Below, one piece after another: positions 1 through 7,943 of a stretch of 64,000 nucleotides of DNA (position 1 is its first letter; each line of letters starts with the position of its first letter). A program made the translations under genes and the position numbers. Source of the stretch: an archaeon. Lineage in GTDB: Archaea > Nanobdellota > Nanobdellia > Pacearchaeales > UBA284. The notes under the pieces were generated by a model that was not told where the DNA came from, ran no database searches, and worked only from the letters and a program-made list of their open reading frames with translations. Location: contig CP070794.1 of assembly GCA_020343435.1 (NCBI GenBank), positions 397,209 through 461,208 of the forward strand, in the 5' to 3' direction.

Positions 1-843
1 TGCAAGAACAAGGAATTAAGATTCTTGCTTTAAATTTTAAGTTTCCATTTGGATCAAGTTGTTGTGACACTAATTGTTCATTTAACTTTTGCCAAGTTCA
101 AGGAATTAAGTTAAAAGTTATTGATTGTACAAAAGGAAAACTCTTTCAAGAGTATCTTAATCTTGTTAAAAAACCAAAACATGGAACAGGTACTGCAATA
201 AATCCATGTATTGATTGTAGAATCTTTATTTTAAAAAAAGCTAAAGAGATAATGAAAAAAGAATGTTATGATTTTATTGTTACTGGAGAAGTTTTAGGAG
301 AAAGGCCAATGTCTCAATATAGAAAAGCTTTAGATTTAGTTGAAAAAGAATCTGGATTAAAAGGAAAAATTCTAAGACCTTTATCTGCTAAAAGATTAGA
401 AGAAACTGAACCTGAAAAAAAAAGGATTAGTTAATAGAGAAGAACTATACTCTATTCAAGGAAGATCAAGAAAAAAACAAATTGAATTAGCTAAAAAATT
501 TGATATTGATTATCCAACTCCTGCTGGAGGATGTTTACTGTGTGAAAAGATATTTGCAGAAAGATTAAAAGACTTATTCAAGAGACAAAAGAAAGTTGAA
601 CCAAGAGATATTGAATTACTAAGAACTGGGAGACATTTCTTGTTCAAAAATTATAAAATAATTGTTGGGAGAAATCATGTTGAAAATCTAATGATTCAAA
701 AACTAAAAAGAAAAGATAAGTTGTTTGAATTAAAAGACAAACCAGGACCTTCTGTTTTATTACAAGGAACTGGTGGAGAAAAGAAAGCTGAAGAATTGCT
801 ATTAAGATATTCTAAACATAAAGATAATATTGTTAAGAAATAG
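1..843 (+). CDS. PP-loop ATPase / tRNA sulfurtransferase-like enzyme (ThiI/MnmA superfamily). The 5' end lies outside the window and the frame is broken by a +1 shift in an A9 run.
   Basis: The frame is open from the window edge (codons phased on nt 3) to the stop at 432-434. It then continues without stops in the next frame from 424 to the stop at 841-843. Motifs NPCIDCRIF, IVTGEVLGERPMSQ, ILRPL and GGCLLCE resemble PP-loop thiolation enzymes. Confidence 0.55.
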
Positions 844-1339
844 TAAGTATTATAAACTTCAAAATAATCTAAAAAGAATGAGAAATCGGGGTGTGGGTTT
901 AATACTCATAATTCTTGGAATTGTGATAGCATTTATCTTAATATCATTTACAGCACAATTACAAGAACAGAGTCTAAATCAATGTATTTGTACACAGGAA
1001 GGAGGAACATGTGCTCATCAACAAGGATTACCATGGCAATCTTTCATAGGGTTTTTATTTGTGATTATTCTGATAATTTTTGGTATATATATATTTAGAA
1101 AGAAAGAAATTAAAGAGAAAAGGAAAATAACTAAAAAAGATCTTGGATTGTTAGATAAAGATGAAAAGAAGATCTATAAATTGATAACAGACGCTGATGG
1201 AACAATATTTCAATCAGAGTTAGTTGATAAATCTGGATTTGCTAAAGTTAAAGTTACAAGAATTCTAGATAAGTTAGAAGGTAAGAATATAGTGACTAGG
1301 AGAAGAAGAGGGATGACTAATGTAGTAATTTTGAATTGA
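830..1339 (+). CDS. Membrane-anchored winged-helix transcription regulator with a Cys-containing outer loop
   Basis: 169-aa ORF with two hydrophobic helices flanking the loop NQCICTQEGGTCAHQQG. The C-terminal part (ELVDKSGFAKVKVTRILDKLEGKNIV) looks like a MarR/TrmB-type wHTH. The alternative start MRNRG at 878 is possible. Confidence 0.6.
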   Translation: MLRNSKYYKLQNNLKRMRNRGVGLILIILGIVIAFILISFTAQLQEQSLNQCICTQEGGTCAHQQGLPWQSFIGFLFVIILIIFGIYIFRKKEIKEKRKITKKDLGLLDKDEKKIYKLITDADGTIFQSELVDKSGFAKVKVTRILDKLEGKNIVTRRRRGMTNVVILN

Positions 1340-1413
1340 AACTAGTTTCAAACAATGGCTTATAAGCTGTTTCTTTTTAGGTATTTTGTAAAATAAACTA
1401 GTGGAGGTGGTTT

Positions 1414-1710
1414 ATGAACAAAATATGGTTGGTGACATTGATTGTCGTGGTTGTTGGAGGAACTTTGTTTGGTTTGACAACATTTGTAAATGCTGGCGAT
1501 GGGCAAGCAGCATTTGAATGCGAAGATTGTGGAAACCAGTGTACTGCTAAAAACAATTGTGGTTTGGAAAGTTGCGGTGCCTTAAATGGCGGATCCTGTA
1601 ACTGCAATGCTGAATCAGATTGTGGAGGTGGTTGTACACAAGGTAACACATGTGGAGCATCTAGTTGTCAAGCACAACAAGGGAGAACCTGTGGTTGCGG
1701 GGCTAGATAG
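1414..1710 (+). CDS. Secreted Cys/Gly-rich protein made of two tandem 27-aa 6-Cys modules
   Basis: Strong SD GGAGGTG (1403-1409) lies upstream of the ATG. There is an N-terminal hydrophobic signal ending VNA|GDG. The mature part has 13 Cys, and the spacing C-x3-C-x5-C-x4-C-x7-C-x-C occurs twice (aa 38-64 and 69-95). Confidence 0.7.
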   Translation: MNKIWLVTLIVVVVGGTLFGLTTFVNAGDGQAAFECEDCGNQCTAKNNCGLESCGALNGGSCNCNAESDCGGGCTQGNTCGASSCQAQQGRTCGCGAR

Positions 1711-1717
1711 TGATGAA

Positions 1718-1738
1718 AGGGGGCTTTTGCCTCCTTTT
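1718..1738 (+). terminator. Hairpin plus T-run downstream of the Cys-rich gene
   Basis: AGGGGGC-TTTT-GCCTCCT (one G:U pair) followed by TTT, starting 8 nt after the stop codon. Confidence 0.35.
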
Positions 1739-1782
1739 AATCTCTCCGTAAGAATTATAAACCAAAAAAAACAAAATATAAA

Positions 1783-2181
1783 ATGAAGAAAGTTGGGTTT
1801 GTCTTGATTTTAGCAGTTATCTGTTTAGCTGTTGTTTTAAATGGATGTGGTAATGGGAATAATGAATTATTGATTATCAGGGATCAGATGGATATTCCTG
1901 CTGATAAGTGTTCTTTGATGGATGATTATCTGATTATTTATGAAACTGGGTGTCTACATTGTGAAAAAGTATTACCAAGATTGGCCCAAGTAGAAGATGA
2001 GCTTGGAATGGAGTTTGTAGAGTATAATTTAGCTATTGAAGCAGATTACAATAAAGTAACTCAAGATTGGGAAGTATTACCACAAGGGGTTCCTGCTGTG
2101 ATTATTGGCTGTAAAGCTTATTTAGGATCTGGATACTCTGTTGAAGACTTCAAACAAGCTGTTCAAGCCACTAGTTCTTAA
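1783..2181 (+). CDS. Extracytoplasmic thioredoxin-fold lipoprotein (CxxC)
   Basis: Signal with lipobox-like LNGC, redox motif GCLHCEKV after a beta-strand (LIIYE), and a cis-Pro-like GVPAVII. Confidence 0.65.
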   Translation: MKKVGFVLILAVICLAVVLNGCGNGNNELLIIRDQMDIPADKCSLMDDYLIIYETGCLHCEKVLPRLAQVEDELGMEFVEYNLAIEADYNKVTQDWEVLPQGVPAVIIGCKAYLGSGYSVEDFKQAVQATSS

Positions 2182-2204
2182 AACGAAAGGTTTATATATT
2201 ATAA

Positions 2205-2255
2205 TGAATATATATTCATATTAAAGAACTAAGATAGTTTATGAATATATATTCA
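2205..2255. promoter_or_regulatory. Twin operator-like palindromes in the DUF134 gene promoter/leader
   Basis: The perfect 14-bp palindrome TGAATATATATTCA occurs at 2205-2218 and again at 2242-2255, 37 bp centre to centre. A TATA-like TTTATATA lies at 2191-2198 and the ATG is at 2258. Confidence 0.5.
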
Positions 2256-2257
2256 AA

Positions 2258-2575
2258 ATGAGGTCAAAGAAAACAAGGAAAATAGAGTGGAAGCCAGGAT
2301 GGAGATATTTCACTCCTGTAGATGATAAGATGATGGAAGTAGAAGAAATTAGCTTAACTCATGATGAAATAGAAGCAATAAGATTAAAGGATTTGCAGAA
2401 TGAGGATCAAAGATTGGCTGCTGAGAAGATGAATGTCTCACAGCCCACATTTTCAAGATTAGTTAAAGATGCTAGAAGGAAGATTGCAGGCGCTCTTGTC
2501 AAAGGAGATATCATTAAAGTCCAAGGAGGCTCATTTGAAGTAGTTAAAAAAAGTTTAAAAAATAAAAAACAGTGA
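2258..2575 (+). CDS. DUF134 (UPF0251) family DNA-binding protein
   Basis: Family-typical layout: the segment EEISLTHDEIEAIRLKDL followed by the sigma-70 region-4-like HTH AAEKMNVSQPTFSRLVKDARRKIAGALVKG. Confidence 0.85.
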   Translation: MRSKKTRKIEWKPGWRYFTPVDDKMMEVEEISLTHDEIEAIRLKDLQNEDQRLAAEKMNVSQPTFSRLVKDARRKIAGALVKGDIIKVQGGSFEVVKKSLKNKKQ

Positions 2576-2586
2576 TATAATAAAAG

Positions 2587-3285
2587 ATGGTTTTCAATAT
2601 ATTATCATTAATAGGATTAGCATTGGCAGATGCAGTTAATCCATGTGAACTAGCTGTTCTTACTTTAGCTTTGATAGCTATTTTAACAAGATATCCTAGG
2701 GATAGAAAAATGGTTCTTAAAGTTGGACTGATGTTTACTTTAGCTATATTTTTGATGTATATTGTTTATGGAATTGTTTTAATTAATGTTTTTGGTTTAG
2801 CTGCAGGAATTAAATCAATAGGTCCAATTTTGTATAAGATATTTGGAGCTATTGGAATTGTTTTAGGATTATCTAATATCAAGGATTTCTTTTCTTATGG
2901 AGCAGGAGGATTTGTAATGGAAATGCCAAGAAGATGGCGTCCATCTTTAAAAGGATTAATTGTTAAGATTACTTCCCCATGGGGAGCATTTGTTGTTGGA
3001 ATAATTTGTGCTGTATTTTTAACACCATGTACTATGGGTCCTTATATTGTAGCATCAGGAATATTACAACCACTAGGATTTATTAGAGCATTACCATTAT
3101 TGATAATGTATAATATCATATTTGTTTTACCAATGATTGTGATTACATTATTGATTTACTGGGGTTTCACAAGTGTAGATAAAGTATCTGGTTGGAGAGC
3201 AAAGAATTTGAGATTAATGCATCTAATTGCAGGTATCTTGTTATTAGTTATAGGATTAGCATTAATATTTGGATGGTTAATCTAA
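2587..3285 (+). CDS. ccdA: CcdA/DsbD-family transmembrane thiol:disulfide electron transporter
   Basis: Polytopic membrane protein with the two conserved membrane Cys motifs (ADAVNPCELAV and FLTPCTMGPY). Confidence 0.8.
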   Translation: MVFNILSLIGLALADAVNPCELAVLTLALIAILTRYPRDRKMVLKVGLMFTLAIFLMYIVYGIVLINVFGLAAGIKSIGPILYKIFGAIGIVLGLSNIKDFFSYGAGGFVMEMPRRWRPSLKGLIVKITSPWGAFVVGIICAVFLTPCTMGPYIVASGILQPLGFIRALPLLIMYNIIFVLPMIVITLLIYWGFTSVDKVSGWRAKNLRLMHLIAGILLLVIGLALIFGWLI

Positions 3286-4187
3286 ATATAAGAATATTTT
3301 TTTGGCAGAATTCTTTTTCCATACATCAACATCCCCTTAATATCAAACTCATTAAACAAAGAGTAAGAAACAACTGGAGCAATACAACCACAAGTTGAAC
3401 AATCCATACCAGGGCCCATAACACAAGGGATTTTAGTCTCTCCTTCTGGATCAAAACTTAAGAATTTAGAAGGTTGCATGAAAAAACATTTTTTATAGAA
3501 CCTTTTATCCTTGAAAATACTTATTATGTTTGGAGTTAACAAAACAACATCCTTATCTTTTTTAAGAACCTCTCTTAACTTATTAATGGTCCAGTCTAAT
3601 TTTTTTCCTTCTAAATATAAAGGATCTTTAGGTCCTTTAGGTTTTACATATGTGCTAAAAGTGATTCCATCAACATCAGCTTCTCTTGTTATTTTAATCA
3701 TATCATCAATATATTTGTAATTGGCAGTTGAAAGAGTTGGTGTTATGATTACTCTCTTATCTCCTTTAATATTTTTCATGATTTTATCAAAACATTTTGC
3801 TCCTCTGATCTTCTCATGTATTTTTTTAGGTCCATCTACACTAACAAAAATTCTACATTGTACTTCTTCAGGAATTTTTCTTGTACCATTTGTAACAATA
3901 GTGATTGTTTTGAACATTTTGTAAGCTTTTTTAATTAAATTCATTCTTAAGGTTGGTTCTCCACCTGTTAAATGAGCTGAAAGTGCTCCTTTTTTGATGT
4001 GTTTTCTCCAAAGAGAAATCCATTGTTTATCTGTCAATTCTCTACTCTCTCTAGGATAAGTTTCCCTATAGCAATGATGGCATCTTAGATTACATTTGTT
4101 AGTAATTTCATAATTAATATCTGGAGGAAAATCTTTAGGACGAGTTATCTCTCTCCACATTAATCTGAATAATCTTATTAATTGCAT
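3282..4187 (-). CDS. Radical SAM protein with a C-terminal Cys cluster
   Basis: CNLRCHHCY (CxxxCxxC) near the N-terminus, a GGEP SAM-binding motif, and C-terminal CVMGPGMDCSTCGC. Confidence 0.8.
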   Translation of the reverse strand: MQLIRLFRLMWREITRPKDFPPDINYEITNKCNLRCHHCYRETYPRESRELTDKQWISLWRKHIKKGALSAHLTGGEPTLRMNLIKKAYKMFKTITIVTNGTRKIPEEVQCRIFVSVDGPKKIHEKIRGAKCFDKIMKNIKGDKRVIITPTLSTANYKYIDDMIKITREADVDGITFSTYVKPKGPKDPLYLEGKKLDWTINKLREVLKKDKDVVLLTPNIISIFKDKRFYKKCFFMQPSKFLSFDPEGETKIPCVMGPGMDCSTCGCIAPVVSYSLFNEFDIKGMLMYGKRILPKKYSYI

Positions 4188-4225
4188 GCTTAGAATAAAT
4201 TAATTCCCTTTAAGAACTTTTGGAG

Positions 4226-5749
4226 TTACCTTTCCAAAAGGTCTCTTACTTCTAAAATTCTATTAAGAGTATAGTCTTCTGAGTGGCTCTCCTCCTCAAC
4301 CATGTTAGCAATTGTTCTGTTGGTCCCCCTCTCAGAAGAGTCTTCGCTATAAAGCCTGTCTACATGTTCTCCCTGGTTTGGAACTAACTCATCTTTTCTT
4401 GCTGTTATAATTCCAACTTTTTCTGTTCTTATTTTTGAAGGATCTACTTCAGGCATATCTATCATAAGTCTAAGAGTTGTTGTTAAAGCATCTCCAGTAG
4501 CATCTATCCATCCAGCAGCAGCTTGTTCAGCCAGATTATCTAATCTTCCACCCCATCCACGTCTAGCATAATGAATTCCAATGTCATCATCTCCTTGCAT
4601 AACATGTCTTGCAATATTATAGAAAACATTTTCTCCTTTCTTTGCTCTGTTTTTTAACATTCTAAAAAGAGTTGATGCTGATCTGAGAACTAATTCTGGC
4701 ATTGAAATGCTTTTTTCTCTTCCTGTAAAGTTCTTTTCAACAAGATATTTTGTTGTTTTAAAACCAAGGTTAGCATACTGTTTAAATAAATCTAATACAG
4801 ATTTTCCAAGTCTAACTTCTCTTCCTCCAAATTTTCTTCCTAATAAAGGAAATGTTATTTCTCCAACATAAGATTTAGAACCTGTTCTGTCTAAAATTAA
4901 GGAATCTAAATCATAAGTTCCTTTTTGTGCCCACATTTGTGCTAGAGCTCCCCCAAATGAATAACCTGCTACTATTGGGGGTTTTATTAAATCATCTTTA
5001 AAATGAGAGATTACTTCATCAGCAGAATCAGCAACATAATCCCAATCAGGAGAAGGAATTGCTGCAGCATTTGGATGAAGAGGAAGTTTTGATGGATCAT
5101 TTTTGAGATTTTTTGAGGATTGGTATAATAATCTTCCCACCAACCCACCAACAAGGGCTTTAATTCCTTTTTTTCCTTGAACAGGTCTTGAATTTGCTAA
5201 AAGATGATGTAGTGCTGTTTGTGCAACTTTAAGTGCTGGTGCTGGAGACTTTCTAGATGCTCTATAAAGTCTTTCTTGTTCTCTTAGTTGCTCTCTGTAT
5301 TCTGGTTTTTCCCTTAAAGGATCTAAATTTAATCTGTTATAATTAACAACAAGCATATTATTTCCTTCATTCAAAACTTTTGGGATTTCTGGTAATAAAA
5401 AAGACTCATTACTAACCCATGGAAGAAAATAAATCATAGTTCTAGTATCTGAGGTCTGGTGTGGAGATCTGAACATCATACCATGCATCTGGTTTGGTAA
5501 AGAAAATGCTTCATAACGTCCAGAAGGAGATCTATACTCTAAGGTTCCTTTTGGGGCTTTGCTTGTTCTTGGTTCTGGAACTGCTGGTTTCAAAACCTTG
5601 CCATCCTCAGAAATCTCATAATGTGGAAGCCTGAATCCTCTAGTAGAGATTCTATCTAAATCTTTGTCTACTTCTTCAGGAGTTATTTTCCTCTCAAAAG
5701 GATTCACTAACCCCCATAAAAATTTTGAAACTTCTTTCCCTGTTCCCAT
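4226..5749 (-). CDS. Orphan protein with an alpha/beta-hydrolase-like nucleophile elbow
   Basis: 507-aa ORF with GxSxG (AGYSFGGALAQ). Later candidate Asp (RKDELVP) and His (EESHSEDY). No signal peptide. G+C is visibly higher than in neighbouring genes. Confidence 0.45.
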   Translation of the reverse strand: MGTGKEVSKFLWGLVNPFERKITPEEVDKDLDRISTRGFRLPHYEISEDGKVLKPAVPEPRTSKAPKGTLEYRSPSGRYEAFSLPNQMHGMMFRSPHQTSDTRTMIYFLPWVSNESFLLPEIPKVLNEGNNMLVVNYNRLNLDPLREKPEYREQLREQERLYRASRKSPAPALKVAQTALHHLLANSRPVQGKKGIKALVGGLVGRLLYQSSKNLKNDPSKLPLHPNAAAIPSPDWDYVADSADEVISHFKDDLIKPPIVAGYSFGGALAQMWAQKGTYDLDSLILDRTGSKSYVGEITFPLLGRKFGGREVRLGKSVLDLFKQYANLGFKTTKYLVEKNFTGREKSISMPELVLRSASTLFRMLKNRAKKGENVFYNIARHVMQGDDDIGIHYARRGWGGRLDNLAEQAAAGWIDATGDALTTTLRLMIDMPEVDPSKIRTEKVGIITARKDELVPNQGEHVDRLYSEDSSERGTNRTIANMVEEESHSEDYTLNRILEVRDLLER

Positions 5750-5847
5750 AAAGAATCAACAGATTCTTTCTTTTTAAATTTAACTACTGGAGAGTTAATA
5801 AATTCTTTAAGGTTAATTTTATAATATAAAATCTGTTTAAGTTATTA

Positions 5848-7377
5848 ATGAAAAAGAGGTTTATTAAAGATAGACTTAATCATCAATGTTCTATTGGAAA
5901 ACAAGGCAAATGCTGTAAGAACTGTTTATTAGGACCATGTATTGTTCTAAATCGCCAAGATAAAGGTGCTTGCGGAGCTTCGCAAGATTTAGTTGTTTCA
6001 AGGAATATTTTAAGATTTACAGCAGGAGGAGCATCAGCTCATTGTGGTCATGCTTATCATACATTAAAGTATTTGAAAAAAGATTATCCTTTTGATTATA
6101 TTAAGAAAAAAGCTCCAAGTTATTTGTATAACTTATGGAAAAAACATGGATTCTTACCAAAAGCAAAACTAGAACATTTCAAAGATATTTCAGAAGCTCT
6201 ACATACAACAACAATGGGAACAAATGCAGATTATAAAGATGTAATAAAATGGTGTTTAAGATTAGGAATTTTAGATGGATATTATGGATTGTATTTAGCA
6301 ACAGAATTAGAAGACCAGGTTTTTGGAAAACCTGAAGTCAGGGTTGGAGAATTAAATCTTGGAGTTATCCAACCAAATAAAATAAATATAGCTGTTCATG
6401 GACATGAACCTATTTTAGCTGAAGCATTAATTAAAGAAGTAAGAAAAAAAGAGAATTTAGATATCAATTTAATTGGAGTTTGCTGCACAGGACAAGCTGT
6501 TTTAGCAAGACACGGGATTCCAATGGCTGCTAATTTTCTTTTACAAGAAAATGTGATTGCAACTGGAATGATTGAGGCAATGGTTGTTGATGTTCAGTGT
6601 ATTATGCCAAGTATCTCTGATTTAGCTGAATGCTATCATACAAAGATCATTACAACAAATGAATTATGTAAAATGCCTAATGCTGTTCATATGCCTATAA
6701 CAAATAAAAAAGAAGCTGAAGAAGTTGCTCATAAAATAATTAGTATGGCAAGAACAATGGGAAGGCATAGACTAAAAAATAAAAGGATTAGAGAAAATAA
6801 AAAAGTTGCTGTTGTTGGGTTTCATGAAAGAAATCTTCCTTATTCTCCAAAAGAGATTGCAGATAAGATTAGAAAAGCTCAATTAAAAGGAGTAATTGCT
6901 GTTGTTGGATGTGATAATATCAGAGTTAAAGAGGATTGGGTTAAGTTATATAAAGAATTAAGTAAAGATTATTTATTTTTAACTACTGGTTGTATTGGTT
7001 TTAAACTTGCTAATGCAGGATTATTAGATGGAAAGAATTTCTATCATCTTGGATCTTGTGTAAACAATGCAAGAATTGCTGAAGTCTTTAGATTAATTGC
7101 TAAAGCTGCTAAAAAACAGATTCATGACATGCCTTTTTTAATTTCTTGTCCACAACCCATATCTGAAAAAGCTATTTCAATAGGAATGTTTTTTGCTGCT
7201 TTGGGAGTTGATGTTCATTTTGGTTATAACTTCTTATTATCAAGTGATATGCATATTGCAAAATATTTAGAAGAGGCTTTGAAAAAGACTTTCAAAAGCA
7301 AAGTATTCTTAGAGATGAAACCTAAACAATTTAAAAGAAGATTGCAAAAAGAAGGATTATCCACAATATATAAATAA
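5848..7377 (+). CDS. Compact CooS-like protein (Ni-CODH/prismane family)
   Basis: N-terminal CSIGKQGKCCKNCLLGPC and GACGASQDLVVSRNILRFTAGGASAHCGH. Also AVHGHEP, GVCCTGQ, DVQCIMPS, VVGCDN and LGSCVNNARI, in the same order as CooS cluster-ligand motifs. Only 509 aa. Confidence 0.7.
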   Translation: MKKRFIKDRLNHQCSIGKQGKCCKNCLLGPCIVLNRQDKGACGASQDLVVSRNILRFTAGGASAHCGHAYHTLKYLKKDYPFDYIKKKAPSYLYNLWKKHGFLPKAKLEHFKDISEALHTTTMGTNADYKDVIKWCLRLGILDGYYGLYLATELEDQVFGKPEVRVGELNLGVIQPNKINIAVHGHEPILAEALIKEVRKKENLDINLIGVCCTGQAVLARHGIPMAANFLLQENVIATGMIEAMVVDVQCIMPSISDLAECYHTKIITTNELCKMPNAVHMPITNKKEAEEVAHKIISMARTMGRHRLKNKRIRENKKVAVVGFHERNLPYSPKEIADKIRKAQLKGVIAVVGCDNIRVKEDWVKLYKELSKDYLFLTTGCIGFKLANAGLLDGKNFYHLGSCVNNARIAEVFRLIAKAAKKQIHDMPFLISCPQPISEKAISIGMFFAALGVDVHFGYNFLLSSDMHIAKYLEEALKKTFKSKVFLEMKPKQFKRRLQKEGLSTIYK

Positions 7378-7448
7378 TGTAACCACTTTGAGATAGTTAC
7401 AAATAGAAAGATTTATAAAGTATAGATGTTATAGGTATATAGGTTAAA

Positions 7449-7913
7449 ATGGTTAAAGGAGATGTATTTGGTTTTGGAGCATTAACTTCTAGTTATGCAA
7501 GAGTAGATAAAAGAGCAATTAAAACGCTCTCTAAACATTTGGGTGGTTTAAAACAAAAAGTAACTGATGCTGGATTAGATCTTATTGCAAGTGATTTTGA
7601 TTCAGATAAAGCTGAAGAAATGGATGCTCTAATAAGAGGGGCAATGGAGACATGTAGAACTTACTACAAAGAAAGTTTGCCTTCTCCTGGTTCAACCACC
7701 CCAACCACCATGACAGAGTCAGAAATTAGGGGGGTTAGTGATCGTGCTCTTCAATGGTTTGATAGAAAACTAACTGCGCTTAATGTTATAAGGAGACCCA
7801 AAACAAAAGAATGGATCCCCCATCCAATGAATAATAATCAAGAATATTCCTGGGCCCAAGCAGTGAATACTGGAGATGATTTTTACAGAAGGGAATACTT
7901 GAAACTTAGATAA
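7449..7913 (+). CDS. Hypothetical protein (orphan)
   Basis: 154-aa ORF with no recognisable motif and somewhat elevated G+C. Confidence 0.45.
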   Translation: MVKGDVFGFGALTSSYARVDKRAIKTLSKHLGGLKQKVTDAGLDLIASDFDSDKAEEMDALIRGAMETCRTYYKESLPSPGSTTPTTMTESEIRGVSDRALQWFDRKLTALNVIRRPKTKEWIPHPMNNNQEYSWAQAVNTGDDFYRREYLKLR

Positions 7914-7943
7914 TTTTATAATGTCTTTTTTTCTTAATTAGTT

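Noticed and set aside
1398-1786. Track ORFs 1398-1649 (-) and 1586-1786 (+), which overlap the Cys-rich gene
   Set aside because: They lie in alternative frames of a G+C-rich, stop-poor stretch. They have no start context and their products are low-complexity. The 1414-1710 frame has the strong SD, the signal peptide and the repeated Cys spacing.
3282-3285. Overlapping stop codons of convergent genes (ccdA with the radical SAM gene). The same occurs at 14341-14344 (presenilin-like with signal peptidase).
   Set aside because: This is real but most simply explained by genome compaction. There is no evidence of a regulatory role.
3192-3924. Plus-strand ORFs 3192-3398, 3511-3720 and 3721-3924
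   Set aside because: They are antisense shadows of the radical SAM gene, with hydrophobic low-complexity translations typical of reverse frames in AT-rich DNA.
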